Origin: an uncultured delta proteobacterium
Lineage (GTDB): Bacteria > Desulfobacterota > Binatia > Binatales > Binataceae
DNA: 64,000 nt
Direction: 5' to 3'
Assembly: GCA_963794325.1 (NCBI GenBank)
Contig: CAWCDG010000002.1
Location: 608,001-672,000 of the forward strand
Shown here: one piece after another, positions 47,020 to 56,425 of the stretch
Numbering within the stretch: position 1 is the first letter of the stretch
Layout of the letters: each line of letters opens with the position of its first letter
Translations under genes and position numbers: made by a program
The notes under the pieces: generated by a model
What the model was told of the DNA's origin: nothing
Database searches by the model: none
Seen by the model: only the letters and a program-made list of their open reading frames with translations

Positions 47020-48369
47020 GTGACTCAACAACCATCGGCGCGGGCGGACCTCGAAAAGATTTATCGTGCGGCGGTTGCGGCGGTCGATCCGGCGCGCCTC
47101 GTTGGACTCGCGATGCATGGCGATTGCCGCGGCGCGGAACGGGTTCCCGATTTGATTGCGGGTGCGTCGCGAATCCTGCTGCTGGCGGTGGGGAAAGCGT
47201 CGATCGAGATGGCCAGCGAGATTCAACGCCGAGTCGGCGACAAGCTCGCCGATGGACTCGCCATCGTGCCAAGAATCTCCGCCGCGACAACAGAGCGGGC
47301 CTTAATACTGAAAAAAAAGAAAAGAATTAGCGTCGTCGAATCGAGTCACCCTGTCCCTGATGAGTCGTCGGAGAAGGCTGCGCGCACGGCGTGCGAGATG
47401 CTGCACGGCGCGACGGCGGATGACCTGGTGATCGTCGCGGTGAGCGGTGGCGCGTCGGCGATGTTCACGATGCCGCCCGAGGGGCTGACGTTGGCGGACA
47501 AGATTGCGGTCAATCAAGCGCTGCTCAAAGCCGGAGCGTCGATCCGCGAAGTTAATGTCGTGCGGCGGCATCTGTCGGCGGTGAAGGGCGGGCGATTGTT
47601 GCGCCATTGCGGCGGCGCGCGGGTGCTCGGCCTGATTTTGTCGGATGTGCCCGGCAACGATCTCGCGACGATCGGCTCGGGACTGACGGCGGGCGATTGG
47701 AGCATCGTCGGCGATGCGATCTCGGTGATGAAGCGGCGCAACGTATGGGGGCGCGCGCCCGAGACGGTCCGCTCGTATCTCGAAAATGCGGTGGCGAACG
47801 AAGTCGGCCCGACGGTGAAGACCAACGATCCGATCCTTGAGCGCGTGACCAACGTGATCATTGGCGACAACGACCTGGCTCAGGAGGGGGCTGAGCGCGC
47901 CGCGGCCGCGATTGGGTATCATCCGCAGCGGTGGAAGCCGATGCATGGAGAAGCCAACGACGTCGGCCTCACGCTCGCGGAGTATCTTAGCGAGATCACG
48001 AATGAGCGAGTATGCGTCGTGGCAGGAGGCGAGCCGGTCGTGACGGTTCGCGGTGGCGGGAAGGGCGGACGCGCACAGCAATGCGCACTCGCGATGAGTA
48101 TCGAGCTGTCGAAAATCGGACGCGGGCAATCAAAGCGAATCGCGGCGCTGTTCGCGGGCACCGACGGAATCGACGGGCCGACCGACGCCGCGGGCGCATT
48201 CGCGTCGCCAGGCACGGTCGAAGACACAGCGCGCGCGGGCGTCAGCGCCGCGACCGCATTGACGCGCAACGACGCGTACAATTTTTTCAAAGCATCGGGC
48301 GGACTGTTCATCACAGGGCCGACCGGGACCAACGTCAGCGACATTTTTGTCGGGCTGGTGAATTACTAA
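47020..48369 (+). CDS. Glycerate kinase (DUF4147/MOFRL)
   Basis: VGKA, HPVPD, SGGASA, KGGRL, SDVPG, GTDGIDG, GPTGTNV; start at GTG 47020 (upstream extension is REP). Confidence 0.92.
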   Translation: MTQQPSARADLEKIYRAAVAAVDPARLVGLAMHGDCRGAERVPDLIAGASRILLLAVGKASIEMASEIQRRVGDKLADGLAIVPRISAATTERALILKKKKRISVVESSHPVPDESSEKAARTACEMLHGATADDLVIVAVSGGASAMFTMPPEGLTLADKIAVNQALLKAGASIREVNVVRRHLSAVKGGRLLRHCGGARVLGLILSDVPGNDLATIGSGLTAGDWSIVGDAISVMKRRNVWGRAPETVRSYLENAVANEVGPTVKTNDPILERVTNVIIGDNDLAQEGAERAAAAIGYHPQRWKPMHGEANDVGLTLAEYLSEITNERVCVVAGGEPVVTVRGGGKGGRAQQCALAMSIELSKIGRGQSKRIAALFAGTDGIDGPTDAAGAFASPGTVEDTARAGVSAATALTRNDAYNFFKASGGLFITGPTGTNVSDIFVGLVNY

Positions 48370-49422
48370 TTGAAGTTGAAAAAGAAAAGTCAGGCGGCGG
48401 TCTCGCAGAAAAATCACAATCGCCCGGTCACATTGATTCCGGGCGACGGAGTCGGGCCGGAGGTGGTCAGCGCGGCGCTTGCGGTGATCGACGCGACCGG
48501 AATCAAGCTCGAATGGGATCGGCAGGCGGCGGGGATGAGCGCGTTTCGGCGCTTCGGAACTCCGGTGCCCGACGCGCTGATCAAATCGCTCCGCCGCACC
48601 GGCGTTGCGCTGAAGGGGCCGCTCGAGACGCGCGTGGCGGAGGGATGGCGCTCGATCAACGTGCATCTGCGGCGCGCCTTCGACCTCTACGCCAACGTGC
48701 GCCCGACCATGAATTTCGCCGGTGTGCAGACGCCGTTCAGCAACGTCGATCTGATCGTCGTGCGCGAGAATACCGAGGACCTCTACTCGGGTATCGAGCA
48801 CGAGATCGCACCGGGCGTGGTCGAGAGCATCAAGGTGATCACCGCGCGTGCGTCGCGGCGAATCGCGAAGTTCGCGTTCGAGTATGCGCGCCAGCGTAAG
48901 CGCAAATCGATCACCGCGATCCATAAAGCCAATATAATGAAGCTGTCGGACGGGCTGTTTCTGAAGTGCGCGCGCGCGGTATCGCAAAGCTACAAGACGA
49001 TTCGGTATCAGGAGCAAATCGTCGACGCGGCATGCATGCGGCTCGTGACGCATCCGGAATCCTTCGACGTGCTGCTGCTGGAAAATCTGTACGGCGATAT
49101 CGTTTCGGATTTGTGCGCGGGACTGGTCGGCGGATTGGGACTCGTGCCGGGCGCGAACTACGGCGACAAGGGCGCGATTTTCGAAGCGGTTCACGGCACG
49201 GCGCCGGATATCGCGGGCAAAGGCGTCGCAAATCCGATTGCGATGATCCTGTCGAGTGCGATGATGCTCGACTACCTGGGGCATCGCGCAGCCGGCGACA
49301 AAATTCGCGCCGCGACCGCGTCGGTGCTGCGCGCGGGCAAAGTGCTGACCCGCGACGTCGGCGGCAAAGCCTCGACGCAGGAGGTGACGGCGGCGATCGT
49401 CAAGGCAATGTCGCGGGGTTGA
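48370..49422 (+). CDS. Isocitrate/isopropylmalate dehydrogenase family (NAD-IDH-like)
   Basis: IPGDGVGPE, RENTEDLY, HKANIMK, NLYGDIVSD, FEAVHGTAPDIAG. Confidence 0.93.
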   Translation: MKLKKKSQAAVSQKNHNRPVTLIPGDGVGPEVVSAALAVIDATGIKLEWDRQAAGMSAFRRFGTPVPDALIKSLRRTGVALKGPLETRVAEGWRSINVHLRRAFDLYANVRPTMNFAGVQTPFSNVDLIVVRENTEDLYSGIEHEIAPGVVESIKVITARASRRIAKFAFEYARQRKRKSITAIHKANIMKLSDGLFLKCARAVSQSYKTIRYQEQIVDAACMRLVTHPESFDVLLLENLYGDIVSDLCAGLVGGLGLVPGANYGDKGAIFEAVHGTAPDIAGKGVANPIAMILSSAMMLDYLGHRAAGDKIRAATASVLRAGKVLTRDVGGKASTQEVTAAIVKAMSRG

Positions 49423-49448
49423 GGGAGGGGGCAAATCACTTCATTGAA

Positions 49449-49505
49449 TGTGAAACCCTGCGCGGGTTTCACGCTTCCGCGGCAGGGGTGACCCCTGCAC
49501 CCAGT
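49449..49505 (+). repeat. REP-like family B
   Basis: TGTGAAACCC..GGGTTTCAC..GGCAGGGGTGACCCCTGCACCCAGT. Confidence 0.8.
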
Positions 49506-49557
49506 ACTAATCGCGAAATGTCGAGGACGACCTTTCGCTCGAAGGTTCCTGATTTTG

Positions 49558-49633
49558 GTGGCACAGGCTTTGGCCTGTGATTCTCTGGTCCATGCAGATC
49601 CAGGAAAGAATCACAGGCTAAAGCCTGTGCCAC
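49558..49633. repeat. REP doublet family G (GTGGCACAGGCTTTGGCCTGTG / CACAGGCTAAAGCCTGTGCCAC)
   Basis: Two inverted palindromic units with GTGG tails. Confidence 0.75.
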
Positions 49634-49686
49634 GTGATCAGATCAACCCTTCCACCAGATCTATCCGTCAGATAATAGTCAGCCGT

Positions 49687-50292
49687 ATGTCAAAACCGCT
49701 CACCTCACAGGACGATGCCGCGCGGGTTCCTCCGGGACAGACCCTGACTGACAACTTTCCGGTTCTCACTTACGGTCCCACCCCGCATTTCGATCCTAAG
49801 ACCTGGGATTTCAAAGTCGTCGGTCTGGTCGAGAAGCCGCTTCGATTTTCATACCAGGAATTCCGTGCTCTCCCGCAAACCCGTGAAGTCGCCGACTTCC
49901 ATTGCGTGACGACCTGGTCGCGCCTCGACAATACGTGGGAAGGTGTTCGGGTTGCCGATCTGATGAAGCTGGTGAAGCTCAGTCCGGAAGTCCGTCACGT
50001 GATTATCCATTGCGACGGCGATTACACGACGAACCTGCCGCTGAACGAGTTTCTCGACGACGACGTCATGCTGGCGAATCGGCATGACGGGCGCGACCTC
50101 GAGCCGGATCACGGATTTCCGCTGCGCCTGATCGTGCCGAAGCTCTACGGATGGAAGAGCGCAAAGTGGGTGCGCGCGATCGAGTTCACAGATATCGATC
50201 GGCGCGGATTCTGGGAAGTTCGCGGCTATCACAATCACGCCGACCCCTGGACCGAGGAGCGCTACTCGTTCCAGGAAGATCCCGAAGACTGA
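49687..50292 (+). CDS. Sulfite oxidase-like molybdopterin oxidoreductase
   Basis: RVPPGQ, DFHCVTTWS, HGFPLRL, YGWKSAKW, GFWEVRGYH. Confidence 0.9.
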   Translation: MSKPLTSQDDAARVPPGQTLTDNFPVLTYGPTPHFDPKTWDFKVVGLVEKPLRFSYQEFRALPQTREVADFHCVTTWSRLDNTWEGVRVADLMKLVKLSPEVRHVIIHCDGDYTTNLPLNEFLDDDVMLANRHDGRDLEPDHGFPLRLIVPKLYGWKSAKWVRAIEFTDIDRRGFWEVRGYHNHADPWTEERYSFQEDPED

Positions 50293-50305
50293 CCGGTCGG
50301 ATTCG

Positions 50306-51932
50306 TTGGCCGCTACTCTTAATCGTGAGAAGAGCCTGGCGCGATTTCGCGACGAGGAATTCGATCTCGCGGTAATCGGCGCGGGCATCAATGGCGCCGC
50401 GGTCGCGCGTGACGCGTCGATGCGCGGGCTGCGGGTCGCGCTGATAGACCGCGGCGATTTCGCGGGCGGTACATCGTCGCGATCGTCGAAACTGATTCAC
50501 GGCGGATTCCGCTATCTCCCGCAGGGGCAGTTCAAACTCGTGTATGAGGCATTGCGCGAGCGCGAGCGCTTGCGGCATCGCACCGCGCCTCATCTGGTGC
50601 ATCCGATTCAGTTTCTGCTTCCGGTTTATAAGCGGCGCGGCTTCAATCGTTTCACCATGGCGATGGGGCTGACGCTGTACGATCTGTTCGCGCGGATGCC
50701 GTTCAAGGAATGGCACTCGAGCCTCAACCCTGCCGAAGTGCGCGAGACCGAGCCGGCGCTCAGCCGTGATGGGCTCACCGGCGGTGCGATGTACTTCGAC
50801 GCGTGGGCCGACGACGCGCGCGTCACGTTCGAAAATGTGCTCGACGCAGACTTGCATGGCGCGGCGGTCGCGAACTATGCGGGGGTCGAGAGTTTCAACA
50901 TGGCCGACGGCAAGATCGCGTCGGCGAAGGTGCGCGATTTGATTGGCGGCGCCGTCTGTGAGATTCGTGCGAAGAAGTTTCTGAACGCGGCCGGGCCGTG
51001 GGTCGACGACATCCGCCGGATGGACGCATCCGGAGTCGAAGCCCTGCGTACGATTGACCAAGGGCGTCCATCTGGTGTTCGCGCGGACGGTTCTGCCGGT
51101 ACGCGAATCGATTGTGCTCGCCGACGAGCACGGCCGAATCGTGTTCGTGATGCCCCATGACCGCTACGTGCTGGTGGGTACCACCGACACTGATTTTACC
51201 GGCGATCCCGCCACGGTGCGGACGGAGATTGCCGACGTCGAATACTTGCTCGCGGTGCTGGCCGAAAGTCTGCCCGGAATCAAACTGACTAGCACCGATG
51301 TAGCGACGAGTTTTGCCGGGCTGCGCGCGCTTGTCCGAGAAGAGAAGGATTCGCCGTCGTCGGTTCCGCGCGAGGAAGTTATTTTGGAAAGTCTGTCGGG
51401 ACTGATCACCGTCGCAGGGGGGAAATTCACGACGCATCGCGCGATTGCGCAGAAGCTGGTCGATCTCGTGATGAAACGCATCGGGCGTCCATCGGGTGTT
51501 TGTCCGACGCTCATGACGCCGTTTCCTGGTGCGCGCGCGCTGCCCGACGGCGACAGCTCGGGTACCAGTGCGGCGATGCGAAGTATTCCGTCAGCGGCGG
51601 CTGAGATTCTCAAAGCACGTTATGGAACGCGCGCGTCGCTCGTCGCCCGGATCGCATCGCGACGGCCCGAGCTTGCGGAGCCGCTGTCGCGCAACTGTCC
51701 CGCGATTGGCGCGGAGGTTGTGCACGCGGTCGCCAGCGAGATGGCGCACTCGGTCGGCGATTTTCTGATTCGACGCACCTCGCTGTCGTGGCGATCCCCG
51801 GTCGAGGCGGAAGCCGCGGCGGCCACGGTCGCGCGAATCATGGCGGCCGAGCTCGGATGGGATCGCGCGCGCGAGGCTGCCGAAGCCGCCAGCTTCACGC
51901 ATGAGCAGCAGAGCCGGCGCGTCGTCGCGTGA
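50306..51932 (+). pseudogene. glpD: FAD glycerol-3-phosphate dehydrogenase, frameshifted near 51027 (pseudogene or sequence error)
   Basis: GAGING, GTSSRSSKLIHGG, NAAGPW in one frame; TKGVHL, GTTD, AGLR, GGKFTT in another. Confidence 0.85.
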
Positions 51933-51935
51933 GGA

Positions 51936-52607
51936 TTGATGGCGGCGCGCGAATCGATCGCGGATCTGAAAAAGCGCGCTGCCCGAGTCTCGCGCGCGTT
52001 CGCGAAGCTGTACCCCAAAGCCCGCATCAGCCTTGATTTCAACACGCCGTGGCAATGCCTGGCGGCGACGATCCTCTCGGCACAGTCCACCGATGTCGGC
52101 GTCAACAAGGTGACGCCGCAACTTTTCAAGGAGTATCCCGACGCGCGATCGATGGCGACGGCGGACCCGCGGCACGTCGAGCAGTTAATCGTCAGGACGG
52201 GATTCTTTCGGCAGAAAACGCGCGCGCTGATCGGAGCAGCGAAGAAGATCGTCGAGGACTACGGCGGTGAGGTTCCATCGACGATGGTAGAGCTCGTGAA
52301 GATTCCGGGAGTGGGGCGCAAGACCGCGAATGTGATTCTCGGGCATGTCTTTGGCGAGCCGGCGTTCGTCGTCGATACGCATGTGCGGCGGCTTACGTAT
52401 CGGCTGGGGTTTACTAAGCATACGGATCCGGCCGAGATTGAAATCGATATGCAGAAGATGCTGCCGCCCAAGGATTGGACGCCGTTCTCGATGCGGCTGA
52501 TCCTGCACGGGCGCCAGGTGTGTGATGCGCGCAAGCCGCTCTGCGAGATTTGCGCGATCGCCAATGATTGTCCGAGGATTGGCGTGGGGAAGGCGCGAAG
52601 AACCTAA
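51936..52607 (+). CDS. nth: Endonuclease III
   Basis: ILSAQSTD, PGVGRKTANV, VDTHV, C-X6-C-X2-C-X5-C. Confidence 0.96.
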   Translation: MMAARESIADLKKRAARVSRAFAKLYPKARISLDFNTPWQCLAATILSAQSTDVGVNKVTPQLFKEYPDARSMATADPRHVEQLIVRTGFFRQKTRALIGAAKKIVEDYGGEVPSTMVELVKIPGVGRKTANVILGHVFGEPAFVVDTHVRRLTYRLGFTKHTDPAEIEIDMQKMLPPKDWTPFSMRLILHGRQVCDARKPLCEICAIANDCPRIGVGKARRT

Positions 52608-52762
52608 CCCCTAACCCCTTCCCATAGTGGGAAGGGGAACCGGAATGATGGGAGAGAGTAACCTCTTGCCGAGTGGGAAGAGGAACCGGATTGTTGGGAG
52701 TAACCGCTTCCGCGCGGGAAGGGGAACCGGATTGTGGGAGTAACCTCTTGCCGAGCGGGAGG
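52602..52762 (+). repeat. Tandem array of four family C units
   Basis: Repeating TAACC..TT.CC...GGGAAG.GGAACCGGA between convergent genes. Confidence 0.85.
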
Positions 52763-52777
52763 ATTTTTGGGCGTAGG

Positions 52778-54034
52778 TCAGTCGGTGATATCCATCGCGT
52801 TGGTGCGGGCGATGGTGCCTAGCCATTCGGCGCTGGGTTTGATGGTGCGCTTTTGCGTGGTGCGATCCACTGCTACCAGGCCGAAGGTTGGGCGGTAGCC
52901 GGAGATCCATTCGAAGTTGTCCAGTAGTGACCAGTAGCAGTATCCGCGGACGTCGATGCCGTCGCGGATACATCGCGCGACGCCGTTCAATGCGCGCCGA
53001 ACGTACTCGATGCGGCGATCGTCTTTGTCGGTGCCAATGCCGTTCTCGGTGACGATCACCGGCACTTTGGCGATCGCGGCGGCCTGACGAATGTTTGCTT
53101 CGAGCGCTTCCGGCCAGAACTCGTAGCCCATCAAGGTCGTCTCGACGCCAGCCTCCGGGCCCAGCGTGCGGTCGGCGCTGATGCGATTGCGGGTGTAGGT
53201 CTGGACGCCGATGAAATCGTCGCCGCGCGCTGCTTCGTAGAAAATCTCCTGGCACTCCGCCTTGATGCGATCGCGACGAGCCTCGCCGCCCGGCATCGCC
53301 TGCAGGTCGCCTAGCGCGACACAGATTCCCACCGGATATTTGCCGCGCGATGATTTCAGCGCGGCGGTAGCGAGGCGATGTGCTTCGAGCATCACGTCGC
53401 GCGCCTTCATCTGATCGCACATCAGGTACGGTGCGAAGCGATTCGGATCGGCGCCGATGCGCCGCGCCGCGTCCGCGAGCCATGGCAATCGCGACGGGTC
53501 GAGCTTCAACGGCAGCGTGCCGACGAGATATTGGTAGGCGCCGAGGTTGGCCTCGTTGATCGTGCATGCGACGCCAATCAAATCCCCCAGATGAGCGGCC
53601 GCGCGCTCGCAGTATCGGGCGAACAGTTCGGCGGTCTTTTTCTCTTCCCATCCGCCGTCGCCCGTGACCCATCTTGGCGATGTGAAATGATGAAAGGTTA
53701 CGACCGGCGTGATTTTGTGCTCGTGACAGCAGGCAAGCACGCGCCGGTAATGGTCGAGTGCGGCGCGCGAGAACTCGCCGGGCTCGGGCTCGACTCGCGC
53801 CCATTCTATCGAGAAGCGGTAAGAGTTGAAGCCGAGCCGCGCAAGCATCGCGATGTCGTCGGCATACAGATGATACTGGTCGCATGCGTCGCCCGACGGC
53901 TCGACGAACGGCGAACCGGGCGTGTGCTCGAGCACCCAATAATCGCAATTGAGGTTGTTGCCCTCGACCTGGTGGGCGGCAGTCGCGGTGCCCCAAAGAA
54001 AATTGTCGGGAAAAGTGAAACGTTCAGTTGGCAT
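52778..54034 (-). CDS. Glycoside hydrolase family 1 (beta-glucosidase-like)
   Basis: FLWGTATAAHQVEG, RFSIEWAR, TINE, VTENG, WSLLDNFEW. Confidence 0.95.
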   Translation of the reverse strand: MPTERFTFPDNFLWGTATAAHQVEGNNLNCDYWVLEHTPGSPFVEPSGDACDQYHLYADDIAMLARLGFNSYRFSIEWARVEPEPGEFSRAALDHYRRVLACCHEHKITPVVTFHHFTSPRWVTGDGGWEEKKTAELFARYCERAAAHLGDLIGVACTINEANLGAYQYLVGTLPLKLDPSRLPWLADAARRIGADPNRFAPYLMCDQMKARDVMLEAHRLATAALKSSRGKYPVGICVALGDLQAMPGGEARRDRIKAECQEIFYEAARGDDFIGVQTYTRNRISADRTLGPEAGVETTLMGYEFWPEALEANIRQAAAIAKVPVIVTENGIGTDKDDRRIEYVRRALNGVARCIRDGIDVRGYCYWSLLDNFEWISGYRPTFGLVAVDRTTQKRTIKPSAEWLGTIARTNAMDITD

Positions 54035-54215
54035 CTGAATTTACCCTCGACCACGAAAACGAAAACGAATATCCTTCCGACGCTACAGCTAAAATCGCGA
54101 CTCCGCCAACCCGATGTATTTGAACATCGCCGCCGAAATGCAATAATTCGCGTTCCGCTACTGCGTCCCAGGCGTGTCGTGAGCAGTGAAAAAGTGAAAA
54201 ATGAAAAAGTGAAAA

Positions 54216-54749
54216 GTGAAAATCCGAATCGAGGACATAACGGCCGATGCCAAGGATTTGGCGTTCGCCGAGCCTGAGCAGGAAATAAACCGTATCCTGG
54301 GCGAAGGGCCGATCCGCGAGTATCACTTGGAAGGGCCGGTCGACGTGTCGGTGTCATTCTATCGCGCGGGCACCGAGCTGTTTTTCGAGGGCAAGCTCAA
54401 GACGCGGACCGGTGCGGTCTGTGCGCGATGTGCCGAGGATTTCGATGCGGCCGGCGACCGTCCGTTCCGGTTCGTGCTGTCGCCCAAGTCGATCGGATAT
54501 GACGACGACAATCTTCGCGCCGAGGATTTGGAATTTTCGCTGTACGAGGGCGACGAGGTAGATCTGGGCCCACTGATTCGCGAGCAAGTCCTGCTCGCAT
54601 TGCCGACGCGACCGCTGTGCCAGGATGATTGCCGCGGTCTGTGCCCGCATTGCGGGTTGAATCTGAATCGCAATACGTGCGACTGCCGCGTGGAAATCGT
54701 CGATCCGCGGCTGGAAGCAATTCGGTCGCTTAAACTGCCGCGCACCTGA
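54216..54749 (+). CDS. yceD: DUF177/YceD family protein
   Basis: CARC, LIREQVLLALP, CQDDCRGLCPHCG, DPRL; upstream of rpmF. Confidence 0.92.
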   Translation: MKIRIEDITADAKDLAFAEPEQEINRILGEGPIREYHLEGPVDVSVSFYRAGTELFFEGKLKTRTGAVCARCAEDFDAAGDRPFRFVLSPKSIGYDDDNLRAEDLEFSLYEGDEVDLGPLIREQVLLALPTRPLCQDDCRGLCPHCGLNLNRNTCDCRVEIVDPRLEAIRSLKLPRT

Positions 54750-54783
54750 TAAGCTCAACCTCAACATTAGGAAGTAATCCGTC

Positions 54784-54963
54784 ATGCAAGCACCCAAACG
54801 CCGAAGTTCGCACTCGAAGAAAAATATGCGCCGCGCGCATGATGCACTCCGCGCCGTCAACCCGGGCACCTGCGGGTCGTGCGGCGAGCCCGTGATGCCG
54901 CATCGAATCTGCCGTCATTGCGGCGCCTACCGCGGCCGCCAGCTGGCCGAAGTCAAGGAATAG
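54784..54963 (+). CDS. rpmF: 50S ribosomal protein L32
   Basis: MQAPKRRSSHSKKNMRRAHDAL..CGSCGE..PHRICRHCGAYRGR; 59 aa, absent from the ORF track. Confidence 0.96.
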   Translation: MQAPKRRSSHSKKNMRRAHDALRAVNPGTCGSCGEPVMPHRICRHCGAYRGRQLAEVKE

Positions 54964-54980
54964 GCGCTCGGAGCACTGCC

Positions 54981-56411
54981 GTGAAAATCGCGCTCGACGC
55001 GATGGGGGGTGATCTCGCCCCCAAGGCGACCGTTGAGGGCGCCGTCCTGGCGGCTCGCGACTTCGGTATCGAGGTCGTGATGGTCGGCGATGGCGAGATC
55101 CTCGCGCATGAACTTGCCGACCATGACGCCGCCAACCTTCCGATTCGAATCGAACACGCGCCCGAAGTCGTGCTGATGGACGACTCGCCGCTCGAAGCCG
55201 TGTTGTCCAAGCCCCGCTCGTCGATCCACGTCGGACTCGACCTCGTCAAGCGCGGTGACGCGAACGCATTCGTCAGCGCGGGAAACTCCGGCGCGGTGAT
55301 GACGGCGTCGATGATGATCCTGGGCAATCTCAACTACGTCGATCGGCCCGCGATCGCGTCGCTCGTGCCTACCAGCGAAGGTTTCAGCCTGCTGATCGAT
55401 GCGGGCGCGAATACCGACGTCAAGCCGATCAACCTCGTGCAATTCGCCGTGATGGGGAGCGTGTACTGGCGCTACGTTCGCAACGTCTCGCGCCCGCGCG
55501 TCGGGATTCTCTCGAACGGCGAGGAAAGTTCCAAGGGCACCGACATCACGCGCGCCGCGGCCGCGATGCTCGAGCAGATGCCGACTTACGTGCATTACAT
55601 CGGGTACGTCGAGGGACGCGATATCAACCGCGCGAAGGCGGACGTCGTCGTCACCGACGGCTTCACCGGCAACGTCGCGCTCAAGACGATGGAGGGATTC
55701 TCGTCGTTTCTACTCGGCAGCCTGCGTGGAGTGTTCGGCGGAAATTGGCGCACGCGGCTGGCGTACCTGCTGGTGCGAAAAAACCTCACCGCCATGCGCG
55801 AGCGGCTCGATCCGTCGGAATACGGCGGCGCACCGCTGCTCGGGGTCAGCGGCGTGTCGATCATCGCGCACGGCTCGTCGAATCCCAAGGCGATTCGCAA
55901 CGCGATTCGAGCCGCGGCGAACGAGCAACTCGTGCATCACGTGAACGCTGAAATTCTCGAAATTCTTGGGAAAATTCAGCCGGTCGGACCGGTCAAGCCT
56001 GCTGCGGGCAAGGGGATCCGGGCTCTATTCGGCAAGATGCGCGGACGATTGCATCGTCGCGAGAAAGAAGGCGAGGCCGGTAGGCACGACGATGCGAAGC
56101 ACGACGAATCGCATCCGGTGACGAGCGGTACGGGCCCACTGCGCGAGCCGTCACCGGAGCACGGTGCGGATCACCATCCCGATCCAAAAATTGAGCGCGC
56201 CAATTATGAATCGACCCATTCGCGATCTCCTGGCAGCGGCTCGCTTAAGAACGAGGCGCGGGTCGAGACCGCAGACGTAGTCGCGACACCGCCGGCGACC
56301 AACGGCACGGCGGTAGGCATCGACAAGTCGCACAAATCAGGTGAGTTGCATCCGCAAGGTGAACCGGACGCCGACGCGAAATCGTCCGATCGCCCAAAGA
56401 GCGATTCGTGA
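54981..56411 (+). CDS. plsX: Phosphate acyltransferase PlsX with long C-terminal extension
   Basis: IALDAMGGD, SAGNSGA, DAGAN, DGFTGNVALK, GGAPLLG, HGSS; start at GTG 54981. Confidence 0.95.
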   Translation: MKIALDAMGGDLAPKATVEGAVLAARDFGIEVVMVGDGEILAHELADHDAANLPIRIEHAPEVVLMDDSPLEAVLSKPRSSIHVGLDLVKRGDANAFVSAGNSGAVMTASMMILGNLNYVDRPAIASLVPTSEGFSLLIDAGANTDVKPINLVQFAVMGSVYWRYVRNVSRPRVGILSNGEESSKGTDITRAAAAMLEQMPTYVHYIGYVEGRDINRAKADVVVTDGFTGNVALKTMEGFSSFLLGSLRGVFGGNWRTRLAYLLVRKNLTAMRERLDPSEYGGAPLLGVSGVSIIAHGSSNPKAIRNAIRAAANEQLVHHVNAEILEILGKIQPVGPVKPAAGKGIRALFGKMRGRLHRREKEGEAGRHDDAKHDESHPVTSGTGPLREPSPEHGADHHPDPKIERANYESTHSRSPGSGSLKNEARVETADVVATPPATNGTAVGIDKSHKSGELHPQGEPDADAKSSDRPKSDS

Positions 56412-56425
56412 GGCGCCGCCAATAG

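Noticed and set aside
54879-54980. N-terminal extension of PlsX
   Set aside because: Overlaps rpmF in another frame; PlsX begins at GTG 54981
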